Assembly (NCBI GenBank): GCA_051294905.1
Contig: CM119384.1
Coordinates: forward strand, 23,250,001-23,314,000
Origin: Botryllus schlosseri
Taxonomy: Eukaryota
DNA length: 64,000 nt
Direction of reading: 5' to 3'
Of the stretch, positions 1 to 11,465 are shown one piece after another. Made by a program: the position numbers and the translations under genes. Each line of letters starts with the position of its first letter. Position 1 is the stretch's first letter. Under the pieces are notes generated by a model. That model saw only the letters and a program-made list of their open reading frames with translations. It was not told the origin of the DNA and ran no database searches.

Positions 1-197
1 AAGTATCCAAAATGGCATATTAGTCTTCGCAATCTTCGTACAAACCGGATCCTGTGACCAAAAGATGCAGTTTGAAGACATGTCGTTCCATCTGTTTCTC
101 AAAAATAACGACATCTTTCGAAGACTTGTGAGTGTTTTGTTACTTCGATGGCGGTTAACGTGCTATAGGTATTGCCTTTAAAAACTTTTGTTATAAG

Positions 198-542
198 TAG
201 GCTTACCATACGTCCCGTTTTAGGCGGGACACTCCCGCTTTTTAACGTCTTGTCCCGGCGTCCCGACCAGTCAGCCAAACGTCCCGCTTTTTAAGGCCGC
301 CGGGTGAAAAACGGTGATTTTAGCTCTGAGCGGAAAGATGACCTTTTTTTTAGTCAACCACCTAGCAATGCGGAGAGAAAAACGGTATTTTGAGCTCTGA
401 GCGGAAAGAAGACCTTTTTTTTTTTTTTTTAGTCAACCGATCAGAAAGTGGGATAAATTCACCGGTTTATGAGACGGTTTTGCAAGCCTAGGATTTCTGA
501 AAAAGTGTCCCCCTTTTAGATTTCCAATATATGGTAAGCCTA
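198..542. mobile_element. Non-autonomous hAT-like (Tip100/MER91-type) MITE
   Basis: TIR TAGGCTTACCATA...TATGGTAAGCCTA; flanking 8-mers GTTATAAG/ATTATAAG (7/8 match); internal ~70-bp duplication; related copy at 28578-28844. Confidence 0.75.
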
Positions 543-1090
543 ATTATAAGTAGCAATGTGAAATCGTGAATGTGATATGACACGCATTAAATGTGACTGG
601 ATCATGATTTTCCAGTGATTTTTAATACTCGTTTGTACAACTGGTTTCCTAGTCTTTTTATGAGAATCACAGAGACACGTTATCAGTGCTCACAAATGAT
701 AACCACGGGTTCAATTTATATTATATTTCTAATGTGCAGCTGATGAAGACTGAAGTGCTGCAGCCAATCCCAATAAAGCAATGACTCTTCCATTCACTGT
801 CAATTTGTATTCTAGATTGTGAATAAATTAAACTGCACGTCTGGGGTGTGTACACGCGACACGTCTCTGGAAATCAACAAACTACCCAAATTTGAAACGG
901 TTGATTCGCAGGTACAGCTCACGGTTGGTTCGTAGAAGCTTAATTTTATTATATTACACTTTTATCTAGTTAAATTCGATAAATTCCACCATCCAAAGGA
1001 ATTTTGACTCGATACAAAAATATGCCGAGTATATGCTGCGATACCTCACTAAAGAAGAAAAACCGAAAGCAATATTGCGATCGGCTAGGG

Positions 1091-2657
1091 CAGTGGTTCT
1101 CAACCGGTGTGCCGCGGCACACTAGTGTGCCAATTGGACTGCTCAGGTGTGCCGCGAGCAAATGTGGTAAACTATGTCGAAGTATAACAAAAATCCAAAT
1201 TTTGAGTGTGTCATTGTTGGTTTTTCTATTGAATTTGCCCGATCAAGACTCGAGATGCACAATCCGATGCAGTAAACAGATAAAAGGATGTCGAGGCGAC
1301 CGTATAGTTCGGCATCTCGATAGTATCTCAATCTGACATCCCCATTAGGTCGTGGATTGGGTCCTTTTCTGGGTTATTTATTGTAAAGACGCTCTGAGCA
1401 CAGCAACGTATAGGGGCAGAGAATCTCATAAATCTGCCACGCTTCGTTACTTGCTGCACTGCACTGCCATGAATCAAACTGGGCTTCCACAAGCAATTGG
1501 ACCGTGATATTGAGGTGTGGCCGAAGTGTTCATTTTACTTGCCACCCCCCATCAGAACCGGAGGCTGAACAGGGACATGACGCAGGTTGATGACCTTTTT
1601 CTGTTTATATTTCTACTCGTCTTCTTGCCATGTCTTCGTCATCGATGATCATTTTGCACTATACCGATATTACTTATTTTGATTCCTGAGATGTCAACCA
1701 CTTTTTGTAAGACACTGCTTTCGCAGATCTGAGGACGAGTAGGAGCCTACATAAACCTCCAACACCTAGGAAGGCATCCTCACCACCGAGAAATGAACTC
1801 AATTGGAAGTGATGTTCACGTTTACAAATTAGAATTGCCAACATACCCATTCACATTGCGATTGTTAGGTAGCGTACCAGCACTGCAGGTAAAATGCAGG
1901 CTCAGGGCGTCCCGTTATATTGCAGGAGTCAAATTCGAGAAATGAGAAGTAAAGTTAATCAAATTATATCAGTTACAAATTTCCCAGCCGCTGAGGTTTA
2001 TTATCCCGGTTTTTTGAACTACAATTGAACTGCGGGTGGCTGCCAGTAACACTATTGAGGTAGACTATCCTCACAGGTGCTATTACACGATCTGCTTGGA
2101 AATGCTCCTCTACGCCTCTGTATTTGTTAGTGGCGATCGTGATTGGACGCTTCGATGCGACAGTTAATTACATCGACAATGCGGTAGTGGGAAGACTCTA
2201 TTGTCAAGCCAATATTACGAAATTAAGCTCAGTCTGAAGTTTAAACGAGATCTCAGCAGGCCAGTTATATGGTAACAGAGGTAATAACTGATAATTCAAA
2301 ACCTCACACGGAAGCGGAGAAAGTTCTTCTTCCCGCCTGCAATAAAAATGTAAAGAAATGTTTTGGAAGAATTGAAAACGATCCTCATGTCAAATGATAC
2401 CATTACTAGACGTATTTGTGGGATGCCCGCAGAGATAAAAGACAACTCAAGCAGAGAAAAACCTACTTTAGTGCTCCGAAAAGGTAGAAGTACTTCGTCA
2501 GTGACCATCTCGGTAAGACTATGGTTGCTGCTACAAGCATTCTGGTAGTTTGCCAGTGCCGTAAGCCAGAAGAGTTCGGAACCACTGTGCTAGTGTGCCG
2601 CGAACTCTTTTTCATTTTCAAAGTGTGCCGCAAGGTAAAAAAGGTTGAGAACCACTG
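1091..2657 (+). mobile_element. Internally deleted hAT (Charlie/Buster-type) DNA transposon
   Basis: TIR CAGTGGTTCTCAACC...GGTTGAGAACCACTG; exact 8-bp TSD GGCTAGGG (1083-1090, 2658-2665); transposase remnant inside. Confidence 0.9.
2299..2450 (+). pseudogene. Buster/Charlie transposase fragment
   Basis: Translates KPHTEAEKVLLPAC...LKTILMSNDTITRRI (with frameshift), matching the KPHT..E.LI.PA / PLSNDTV.RRI motif of Buster-type transposases. Confidence 0.75.
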
Positions 2658-3649
2658 GGCTAGGGTTTGGCATCTTTTGAAGCATGCAAACCATTTACTG
2701 GTGTTGGTGATCAGCCTGAAAGACGTGGAATTTGTGAGTAAAACCAGTTTAACTTTATGTCTTTGAAAAACTGGAAACTTCTTTTTGTATCTTCAGTTTC
2801 GAAACCGATGCCTGTCAACTCCTCTCGAGTATCAAAGCAACTCTGTTCCTGCGAGAGAGGCCCCGAATGATATGCTGGAAACTGTCCGAATCTACCACTT
2901 TTTCAGACAATACACCGATTTTTTATCCGGTTGGTCGGACGCTTTCGACGTGATGCAGTCTTATTGTTAAGTAACAAATTATATAGCCTACGCATTGTTT
3001 TATTGCAAAATATTTATCATTATGCACAGTTATGCTTCCGTGTTGAGAGAGGCGATGTATAGTCAAGCTTTTTATGCTTTAGAGTTGTATTTCCTACACA
3101 TATAAAACACCTTTTGTTACCTTTATTGTCACATCTATTTGCTTTTAACTTCACTAATAATAATAATCACTACATGGAATTTCCACGGATAATAATGGCA
3201 GCTATGTACGTTTACTGAAGTATTTTCGATTCATGTACTCTTGCCTTCAGAATCAGAACTGGGCAACTAAATAATCCTAGTTATCCAACTTCACTAAGTT
3301 ACCTCGAAATGCCAGTAGTCAAATTCTAATCCAATTTGTGAAATGTTTCTACACTCTAATTCTAATTCTAGTCTAATTTGATTAATGTTTTTATACTCTA
3401 CTTATAGTTCTACTAATTTATTGTTTTGCTGAAAATGCCTGTTTGTCCGTGGGGATTTGCATGGAGCTAACAAGAATATCCCTCTCGCACAGGGAAATCA
3501 AATTACTTACAGCTTACATCATACATGCATATTGCATAGTCATTATTGTGACGCATAATAGTAATCCTGGCATGGTAGCTTGTATTCTGCGAAGAACATT
3601 CATGCTTCGATCACAAATAGAACAGCAGCGAAGAAAAAGAAATAATCAA

Positions 3650-3960
3650 CACAGGCTTGCTCAAATTCACGCATTCAACTATCAACAAAAAGAGGCTGAG
3701 TTCTACAGATTATACCAGAGAAAATATATTAGAGGACGAATCGGAAAGATATTTCGCAGCAGAACGTGGGAGTATTCTTGGCTGTGATGTTTTGAGTTAC
3801 TGGAAAAAGAAAATTATTTTCCTTGTGTTAGGCCGCTGCTCGATAACTCGTAGGCATGACTGCATCATCAGTGGAAAGAGTTTTTAGACATAAAGGAGAA
3901 CTGTATATAGTGTACGGGTCGTCATCTCAAAACGGGTCATTGACCACTTTCAAAATTTGG
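3650..3960 (+). pseudogene. hAT transposase C-terminal dimerisation domain remnant
   Basis: Across frameshifts reads ESERYF...DVLSYWKKK..FPCVRPL...MTASSVERVF, resembling the hAT L.WW....YP.L...A...PASS..ER.FS motif. Confidence 0.6.
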
Positions 3961-4263
3961 TAGAGGCAGTGGGCCGCAATAATGCAATATTGAGAAAAAA
4001 TAGGCCACACAGCTGAGCAAACACTATTTTAAAACTTTACATTAGTACAACGCAGTGATCACTAACATGGGCGATGGGCATGTTACCACAGAAGAAGTGA
4101 TATTTTATTGAAGACGTACAAATACAGCTAGAAGTACAATGATCATAAACATCATTTTAGTTTCAGCTAAAAGCTGTGCACGATACCTGACCACGCTTTT
4201 CAGCGACTAATGAATCGATATTGGGCTATTCAGAAAAGTTACCTGCCAAAAGACATCATCAAG
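3780..4263 (+). repeat. ~483-bp direct repeat, copy 1 (copy 2 at 10831-11312)
   Basis: Near-identical sequence from GGCTGTGATGTTTTGAGTTACTGG to CCTGCCAAAAGACATCATCAAG occurs at both positions. Confidence 0.9.
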
Positions 4264-4860
4264 ATGATCATAAACATCATTGTATTTTGAACTATGAGCT
4301 TTGCCCGATACCTGACCACGCTTTTCAGCGACTAACGAATCGATATTGGGGCTAGCCATAAATTTTACTAGCTGAAAGACTATCTCACCCCAAAAATTGA
4401 TCTTGTGAGAAAACAATTGCATTTCCTAAGCGTCTCGGTCTTGGCAGTGTCTGAACCATTGCACGGCAAGGCAATATGCTCATATCAGTTGACTCTCCTT
4501 AGATGAAATGCTGTTGTCATCGCCGAAGTCGTTTTCGGTAGTGTTGTCGAGCACAGGCGAATAGCTTATTTTGAAACAACTACAATAATTTGAAACTGAA
4601 ATCGGTATCAGCATTTCAAAATGCCTAACTTCGAGTTCTTCCAAAATCACAAATCAGATCACCGATCGCATGTGGCGAAATGTTGGTGGCCCACGGTTGG
4701 CCTGTAGTGCAAAACGAGCCAAGCTTGGAGTACAGACGTTGAACATTCTCCTACTGCTCATTGGAATGCACTGTGATTTGATATCAACTGAACTTGATTT
4801 TTGCTGCATTTATTTCTCATTTCTCAATATATTTCAATTTCAAAGATTTTGCGAATTTAG

Positions 4861-4966
4861 TAATTCTAATTCTAATCTAATTTGAAAAAAAATGTGTAGC
4901 TCTAATTCCAATTCTAATCTAATTTGAAAAAAAAAGTGTAGCTCTAATTCCAATTCTAATCTAATT
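4861..4966. repeat. ~42-bp tandem repeat, ~2.5 copies
   Basis: TAATTC(T/C)AATTCTAATCTAATTTGAAAAAAAA(T/A)GTGTAGCTC recurs at 4861, 4903 and 4945. Confidence 0.8.
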
Positions 4967-5975
4967 TTTAAATAATCGTGTAGGTCAGGGCTCTCCAGTG
5001 GTGGCCCTAGGATTGGGGGGGCCCTCGGCGAAACTTCCAGGGGGCCCATATATATCTATAAATGCAGCTTCTTGGGGGCTCTGCCCCCCAGACCCCCCTC
5101 CCCTCTCCATACAGCTGTTATATATTGCATGTTTACAGATTCCGTGATAGTAATGGAATGTTGATGACTGTATGTATCTATTTACTACAATCACAATCTA
5201 CACAGGCAACTGTTTCATTCAAGTTCAAGACGTGATTTTCATGCGTGAAAGTAATCACAAATACAGTGGCAATGGAAACTAAAAAAGGAAACGGTGGCAG
5301 GATTCCAATAACTCGTGTCGTGATATTTTGGTGACTCGACTTGGCTCAGATCAAAATATAACAACATACATTGCTGTCACAACTTAAAAATTATATCTTC
5401 AATAAAAACTCATTTTTCAGCATTCTTATAATACGGTAGCCTCCATATGATGACTATAGTGATGAAAATTTTCACGTTGACAGAAATGAGAGGGATACTC
5501 CAATGATTTTCATTAGCAATGACTTTTAAACTTGAGTGTCGTACAGAAAACAGCTAAATTGTAACTTGAATGATATATTAGATCATGTACAGACCTACCA
5601 AAAATTCTATCAATTTTACGATTGAATGAGCCGGAAAAGCTTGTTTTTATCATGCGCTGGCTTGAAAAGCTGGATATTGAATTTAAAAACTTTAAATTGT
5701 GATGTAGGCTACTCGGATATATTTCAAAATCACTTTATCCAAATTTCTGTCAAATCTAAAAACTGAAATAAACCATTAATTTCTTTTAGGGCTACTGACG
5801 AGGAGTTGGCCTATTACTGAAAATGAATGAGATGCACCAGTCACTGAAAATATATACTTCCTGTATACACCGTAGTAGTTTCTTGTCAATGTTATTGTAA
5901 TATCATGGAAGTGATAATCATTCACGACGAAATTTTACGTTAGCGGATGCGATCGCGTCTCTCACACAAATCACC

Positions 5976-6713
5976 AATTTGATGATCGACAACCGTTTAC
6001 GGTACCGGTACCATATTTTACATGGGTTCATATATTTTCACGGTTATTCGCAAAACGATAACTATAAATTTCATAAATGTAGCAGGGGCCCACCTCTTAA
6101 AATATAAGTAAGCTCTTATAACGTGTGCAGAAATTTAATTATCGACAACTGTTTACAGTGCCATATTCTACATGGGTAGGCCTACATGTATTTCAGTTAT
6201 TCGCAAAATGATAACCAAAAATTAGGTAAATGTAGGAGTGCCCCACCTCATGAAATCTAAGTAAGCTCGTACAACGCGTGCAGGATTTAATGATTGACAA
6301 CTGTTTACGGTACCGTATTCTACATGTGCACATATATTTTCACGGTTATTCGCCAAATGATAACCGAAAATTGTGTAAATGTAGGAGGGGCCCCCTCATA
6401 AATCGAAGTATGCCCCATGCACAACGCGTGCAGAAATTTAATGATCGACAACTGTTTACAGTATCATATTATACATGGGTAGGCCTGCATGTATTTTCAG
6501 TTATTTCCAAAATGATAACAAAAAATCGCGTAAATGTAGGAGACCCCCCGTATAAAATCAAAGTAAGATCTTTTACGACGCACAGAAATTTGATGATCGA
6601 CAACTGTTTACGGTACCATATTCTACATGGGTACATATATTTCCACGGTTATTCGCAAAATGATAACCAAAAATTGCGTAAATGTAGGAGGGGCCCCTCG
6701 TAAATCGAAGTAA
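5976..6713. repeat. ~153-bp satellite array (about 5 monomers, alternating A/B variants)
   Basis: Core T(C/T)GACAAC(T/C)GTTTAC recurs at about 5986, 6142, 6295, 6446 and 6598; the array continues at 6860-6883, 11318-11465, 14355-14690 and 22129-22260. Confidence 0.85.
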
Positions 6714-6883
6714 ACGCGCACGAAGAAATTTAGGCGCTTCTTCGATATACGCCCCAGATCGAAAGAGTGTTTCACATGACATCAGCAAGTGTTTCCCATG
6801 AACACGATTAAATTTTATAAACGTCAAAATAAATTGTTTTTTTGCCTGTGGAGAGACGGATCGACAACTGTTTACAGTACCAT

Positions 6884-7166
6884 TGTAGCGTACCGCTCCA
6901 TGAATAACCTATAATTACCCTCGCTGATCACTGATTATGTTACTGCTACGTCTTGTTGTGTTGTACCCTTTTATACCAGTCGATTTTAGTCACCGTCTGA
7001 CCCAGTCGCTTTCAGTCACCGTCCGAGCCAGTCGTCTTTTAGTCTCCGTCTGACGAGCATCGTCATGTTTTAGTTGTTTTAATAAAAGAGCAATGCTGAC
7101 TTGTCTACTTTGACTTATCGCGCCGCGGACCAAGAAGAACGCGTGCCCACGATAGAGCACGCTATA
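6884..7166 (+). repeat. 5' LTR of the CsRN1-like element
   Basis: TGTAGCG...CGCTATA termini, AATAAA at ~7081; homologous (inverted) to the LTRs at 11466-11791 and 14029-14354. Confidence 0.85.
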
Positions 7167-7169
7167 TTT

Positions 7170-7187
7170 TGGTGACCCCGACGTGAT
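7170..7187 (+). promoter_or_regulatory. Primer-binding site complementary to tRNA-Trp 3' end
   Basis: TGGTGACCCCGACGTGAT immediately after the LTR is the complement of the ATCACGTCGGGGTCACCA 3' end of animal tRNA-Trp. Confidence 0.85.
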
Positions 7188-7367
7188 TTCGCTAACCTTC
7201 CTAGCCGACGTGATATCGCCAGCCGACTTCAAACCCGACGTGCGCTAGCCTCGACTCGAATCCCTTGCTCACTCTCAGCTGTATTTGAAATGTCTTCTCG
7301 ACGACGTCGACGACAACAATCGATAGACGATATTGCGAGCTAGGCCAATTTCACTGGTGCCCCGTGG

Positions 7368-8219
7368 ATGCCGCCACCGGTGGTCAATTTCTGGTCCCAT
7401 TCGCCAGAGTCGTGGTTTGTTTCGGTGGAAGCCGGATTTTCCAGTTACGGTGTTACCGACTCTGCGGCGAAGTATTTTCACGTTCTGAGATGTCTTGACG
7501 GCAAGCAGCTCGAATCGACTCGATTGAAGTTACCTGGCCCAGAAGACGACGACTGCTACGAAGTATTGCGTGATCTTCTGATGCGTGAGTACGCCATTCC
7601 CTTGCGAGACCGTGTTAAGGAGCTTTAAAGTGATCGCTGTAGAGATTTAAAACCCTCTGAACTTCTGAAAAAATTGCGAAATGCAATGGGGGCTCCATCA
7701 AACACACCAGGTTCTGACTGTTATTTAAAGGAAACGTTCCTTCACTATTTGCCAGATCATATTGCTGGGATTTTGTCGTCATATGTAGACGATACCGTGG
7801 AACAGCTTGCCCGACGAGCTGATAGTATATACACTCGTGCGTCTCCACCTGTGGTTCCCAATCATTACAGTTATCCTCCCACAAATCAATTAGATGAATT
7901 GCAACGAACTGTTCAATCGATAGCTCGAGAGGTCATGGAATTGAAAGCGATACCTTCGACACGACAAGTATCTGTATCTGACGGACAACGATCACGTGAT
8001 TTCAATCGTAGTTCCGCTCCCCGTCCTGAACCATTTAGAGACGATCGACCTGCTTTTCAAACGCTGTCAAACCGTTCAGAGACACGAGGTGAGGTAACTC
8101 GATTTGCTCATCTGCGTGGTACGAATCAGTTGTGCTTTTATCATGATAAATTCGGTGATCGAGCTCGAAATTGCCGTCCACCCTGTTCCTACTCCTCAAA
8201 TCGCCCTTTTTTAGACTGA
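7368..8219 (+). pseudogene. gag: Gag with CHCC zinc motif, premature stop at ~7626
   Basis: FWSHSPESWFVSVE N-terminal motif; CFYHDKFGDRARNCRPPC = C-x2-H-x9-C-x3-C, typical of the CsRN1 clade. Confidence 0.8.
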
Positions 8220-10830
8220 GGCCTCGTGAGGGATCGCAACAATTTTCAACAGTGAACTCCGAACGTGAAAACCCTTTATTGCATGTACGAGATTCGATTT
8301 CAGGGAAGATTTTCCTCGTCGATACAGGAGCATCCGTTTCTGTTCTACCGACTTCAAGTAACGTTTTCAAGAATAAACCAGGACCAAATCTGTACGCTAC
8401 AAATGGATCGAAAATTGCGACGTTTGGAACGAGATATTTGCGGATCGAGTTCTCCGATAGACACAAGTATGGATTTCGATTCTATATTGCCGATACACAC
8501 ATTGCCATATTGGGGGCTGATTTTATTAAGCGATTTTCCCTCGTCGTTGATTTGAGGAGCAATTGTCTGATTGATACTGTTTCAGGAGGTTTCATTCCTG
8601 GCTGGAAGTGTAATCCAGTAGTTCGCGGTTTGAACTTTATAGCGCCCGATCACAATACGCCACATGTAGATCTTTTGTCGAACTTCAGCGACATTACCAT
8701 CCCACGGAATGCAGCAGGACGAGCTAATCACGGTACTGTACATCGAATTATTACTAATGGATGTCCCACTCGATCTCGCTGTCGCCCATTGCCGCCCCAT
8801 TTGAAACGGAAGGCGAAGAATCGATTGCAAGAGATGTTGAAGTCCGGTGTAATCATTGGCTCAAAATCGCCTTTCGCCTCTCCCATTACTGTCGTAATAA
8901 AGGGGTTAGACGATATTAGAATCTGTGTCGACTATAGGAAATTAAACAACCAAACGGTCAAGGATCGCTGGCCTGTCCCATTTCTGCGTGATTTTACCAA
9001 TGAACTGTCGAACTGTAATGTTTTTAGCAAAGTTGACTTAGCGAAGGCGTACCATCAAATTCCTCTTCATCCGGACGATCAAGAGAAAGCTGCTTTTATT
9101 TGTCCCGAAGGACTATTCCAACCAACGACGATGATGTTCGGCTTGACCAACGCTTGTAGTACTTTTAGCCGTTTTATATCCGAAGTAACCGAAGGACTGG
9201 ACAATATTTTTGTGTTTTTAGACGACATTTTGATTGCGACTCGGACTGAGGATGAGCACATGGCAACACTAAAGGAATTATTCTCAAGGTTTCGTAAGTT
9301 CGGACTGGTCATAAATGTCGATAAGTGCAGTTTCGGTAAGGAAGAAATCGAATTTTTAGGTCACCTTGTTGATGCAAGGGGAATTAGTCCCTTGCCGTCC
9401 AAGGTTGAAGTAATCTCTAACTATCCTCGTCCCGAAAATGTAAAACAACTACGTTCATTCCTTGGACTAGTCTGCTATTACCACCGTTTTGTCAAAAAGT
9501 GTGCCGAGATTTTGAAGCCACTGTATGACGTGGCCAATGCAGCATCGAAGAAGCGTGATCGTGTCAAATGGACAAGATATTGCTAACACAGCTTTCGAAC
9601 GCATCAAGACCGAACTGTCCGATAATGTCATATTGTTCTACCCGATTCATGATGCCAAACTGTCACTCGTGGTAGACGCTAGTCAAATCGGAATTGGAGC
9701 TGTTTTGCAACAGAAAAGTGATTATTCGTGGTTACCCTTAGCATTCTTCTCGAAAACCTTGAACCCGACACAGCGAAAGTACTCCGCATTTGATCGCGAG
9801 CTTTTAGGGGCTTATTCAGCAATATAGCATTTTCATGTCCAGCTAAAAGGGTAGGAAATTTCAACTGATTACCAATAATGACGGCCTCGTAAAATCGTTA
9901 AGGAATCCGCCAGACAGACTTCTGGATCGTCAAGCAAGACAGTTGGAATTCATCTCGGAATATACCGGCGACGTTGGACACATCAATGGGACTCTGAACA
10001 CGGCTGCGGATACTCTCTCTAGACTCGAGGTCAACGCGATTTTTCCGAACACTGTTCCCATCACAGCGGAAGCATTACTACAAGCCCAGAAAGACGATGA
10101 TGAGCTCGAAGAACTCCTCGCCAACACCAATAACCATTCCTTGCATCTCGCGGAAGTACATTTCGAAGAGTTAACGATCCTATCATCTTCGACAAATCGT
10201 TACCTGGCAGAGAACGTCCCTACGTTCCCGCGGCGCTTCGAGAGACTGTGATGCACAGTGTGCATGATATTTCGCACCCTGGTATACGCGCGACTACTAA
10301 ATTAATAGCTAAACATTATGTATGGCCCGGCATGAAACGACATGTGAACGATTTCGTCCGGCATTGTCAGCAGTGTCAACGATCGAAGATTCATAGGCAT
10401 ACTCGAACTGCAATTAACAATCTTCCCGTCCCTTCCGAACGCTTTCATACGTTTCACGCGGACATTTTGTCACTCCCGAATAGTTGCGGCTACTCGTATA
10501 TTTTAATGTGTGTTGATCGCTCTACTCGCTGGCCTGTATGTGTTCCCATGATGGACATTCGTGCTCAAACTGTTATTGATGCGTTTAGTTTGGGCTGGGT
10601 GTCGAATTTCGGCTCACCCCGTAAAGTAATAACCGACCGAGGAAGTCAGTTTACCTCGCTGGAATGGACTCAGTATATGCAATTCTTGGGTATTTTCCAT
10701 ATCACAACCTTGGCTTATAAGCCGGAGCAAAATTCTCTTGTTGAACGCTATAACAGAACTTTGAAAGCTTCCCTTCGCGCATTAGAAAGTCCTCATAATT
10801 GGTATAATCATTTAGGCTTAATTGTTTTAG
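8171..10830 (+). pseudogene. pol: Pol (protease, RT, RNase H, integrase) with stops/frameshifts, truncated in the integrase core
   Basis: FLVDTGAS (PR), VDYRKLN, FLDDIL (RT), VDASQIGIGAVLQQ (RH), HDISHPGIRAT...CQQC (IN HHCC), ITDRGSQF. Confidence 0.9.
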
Positions 10831-11312
10831 GGCTGCGATGTTTTGAGTTACTGGAAAAAGAAAATGATTTCCTTGTGTTAGGCCGCTGCTCGAGAACTCG
10901 TAGGCATGACTGCATCATCAGTGGAAAGAGTTTTTAGACATACAGGAGAACTGTATATAGTGTACGGGTCGTCATCTCAAAACGGGTCATTGACCACTTT
11001 CAAAATTTGGTAGAGGCAGTGGGCCGCAATAATGCAATATTGAGAATAAATAGGCCACACAGCTGAGCAAACACTATTTTAAAACTTTACATTAGTACAA
11101 CGCAGTGATCACTACCATGGGCGATGGGCATGTTACCACAGAAGAAGAATATTTTATTGAAGACGTACAAATACAGCTAGAAGTACAATGATCATAAACA
11201 TCATTTTAGTTTCACCTAATAGCTGTGCACGATACCTGACCACGCTTTTCAGCGACTAATGAATCGATATTGGGCTATTCAGAAAAGTTACCTGCCAAAA
11301 GACATCATCAAG
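10831..11312 (+). repeat. ~482-bp direct repeat, copy 2 (of 3780-4263), replacing the Gypsy 3' end
   Basis: Sequence identity with 3780-4263; the junction shares GGCTG(C/T)GA. Confidence 0.9.
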
Positions 11313-11465
11313 AAGTATATGGGTTGGCCTGCATGTATTTTCAGTTATTTGCAAAATGATAACCCAAAAATCGCGTAAATGTAGAAGCCCCCCCTTATAA
11401 AATCAAAGTAAGCTCCTCCACGCTTTGCCACGCACAGAAATTTGATAATCGACAACTGTTTACGG

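Larger units (their letters stand above)
6884..10830 (+). mobile_element. Ty3/Gypsy LTR retrotransposon, CsRN1/Kabuki/Boudicca-like clade, 3'-truncated and degenerate
   Basis: 5' LTR, tRNA-Trp PBS, gag with CHCC motif, PR-RT-RH-IN order; 3' LTR absent. Confidence 0.88.

Noticed and set aside
5976-6713. Regularly spaced repeats as a CRISPR array
   Set aside because: Whole monomers are homologous, with no unique spacers and no cas genes; the context is eukaryotic satellite.
10248-10937. 229-aa ORF as an intact integrase
   Set aside because: The last ~35 aa come from the duplicated hAT filler; it is a chimeric by-product.
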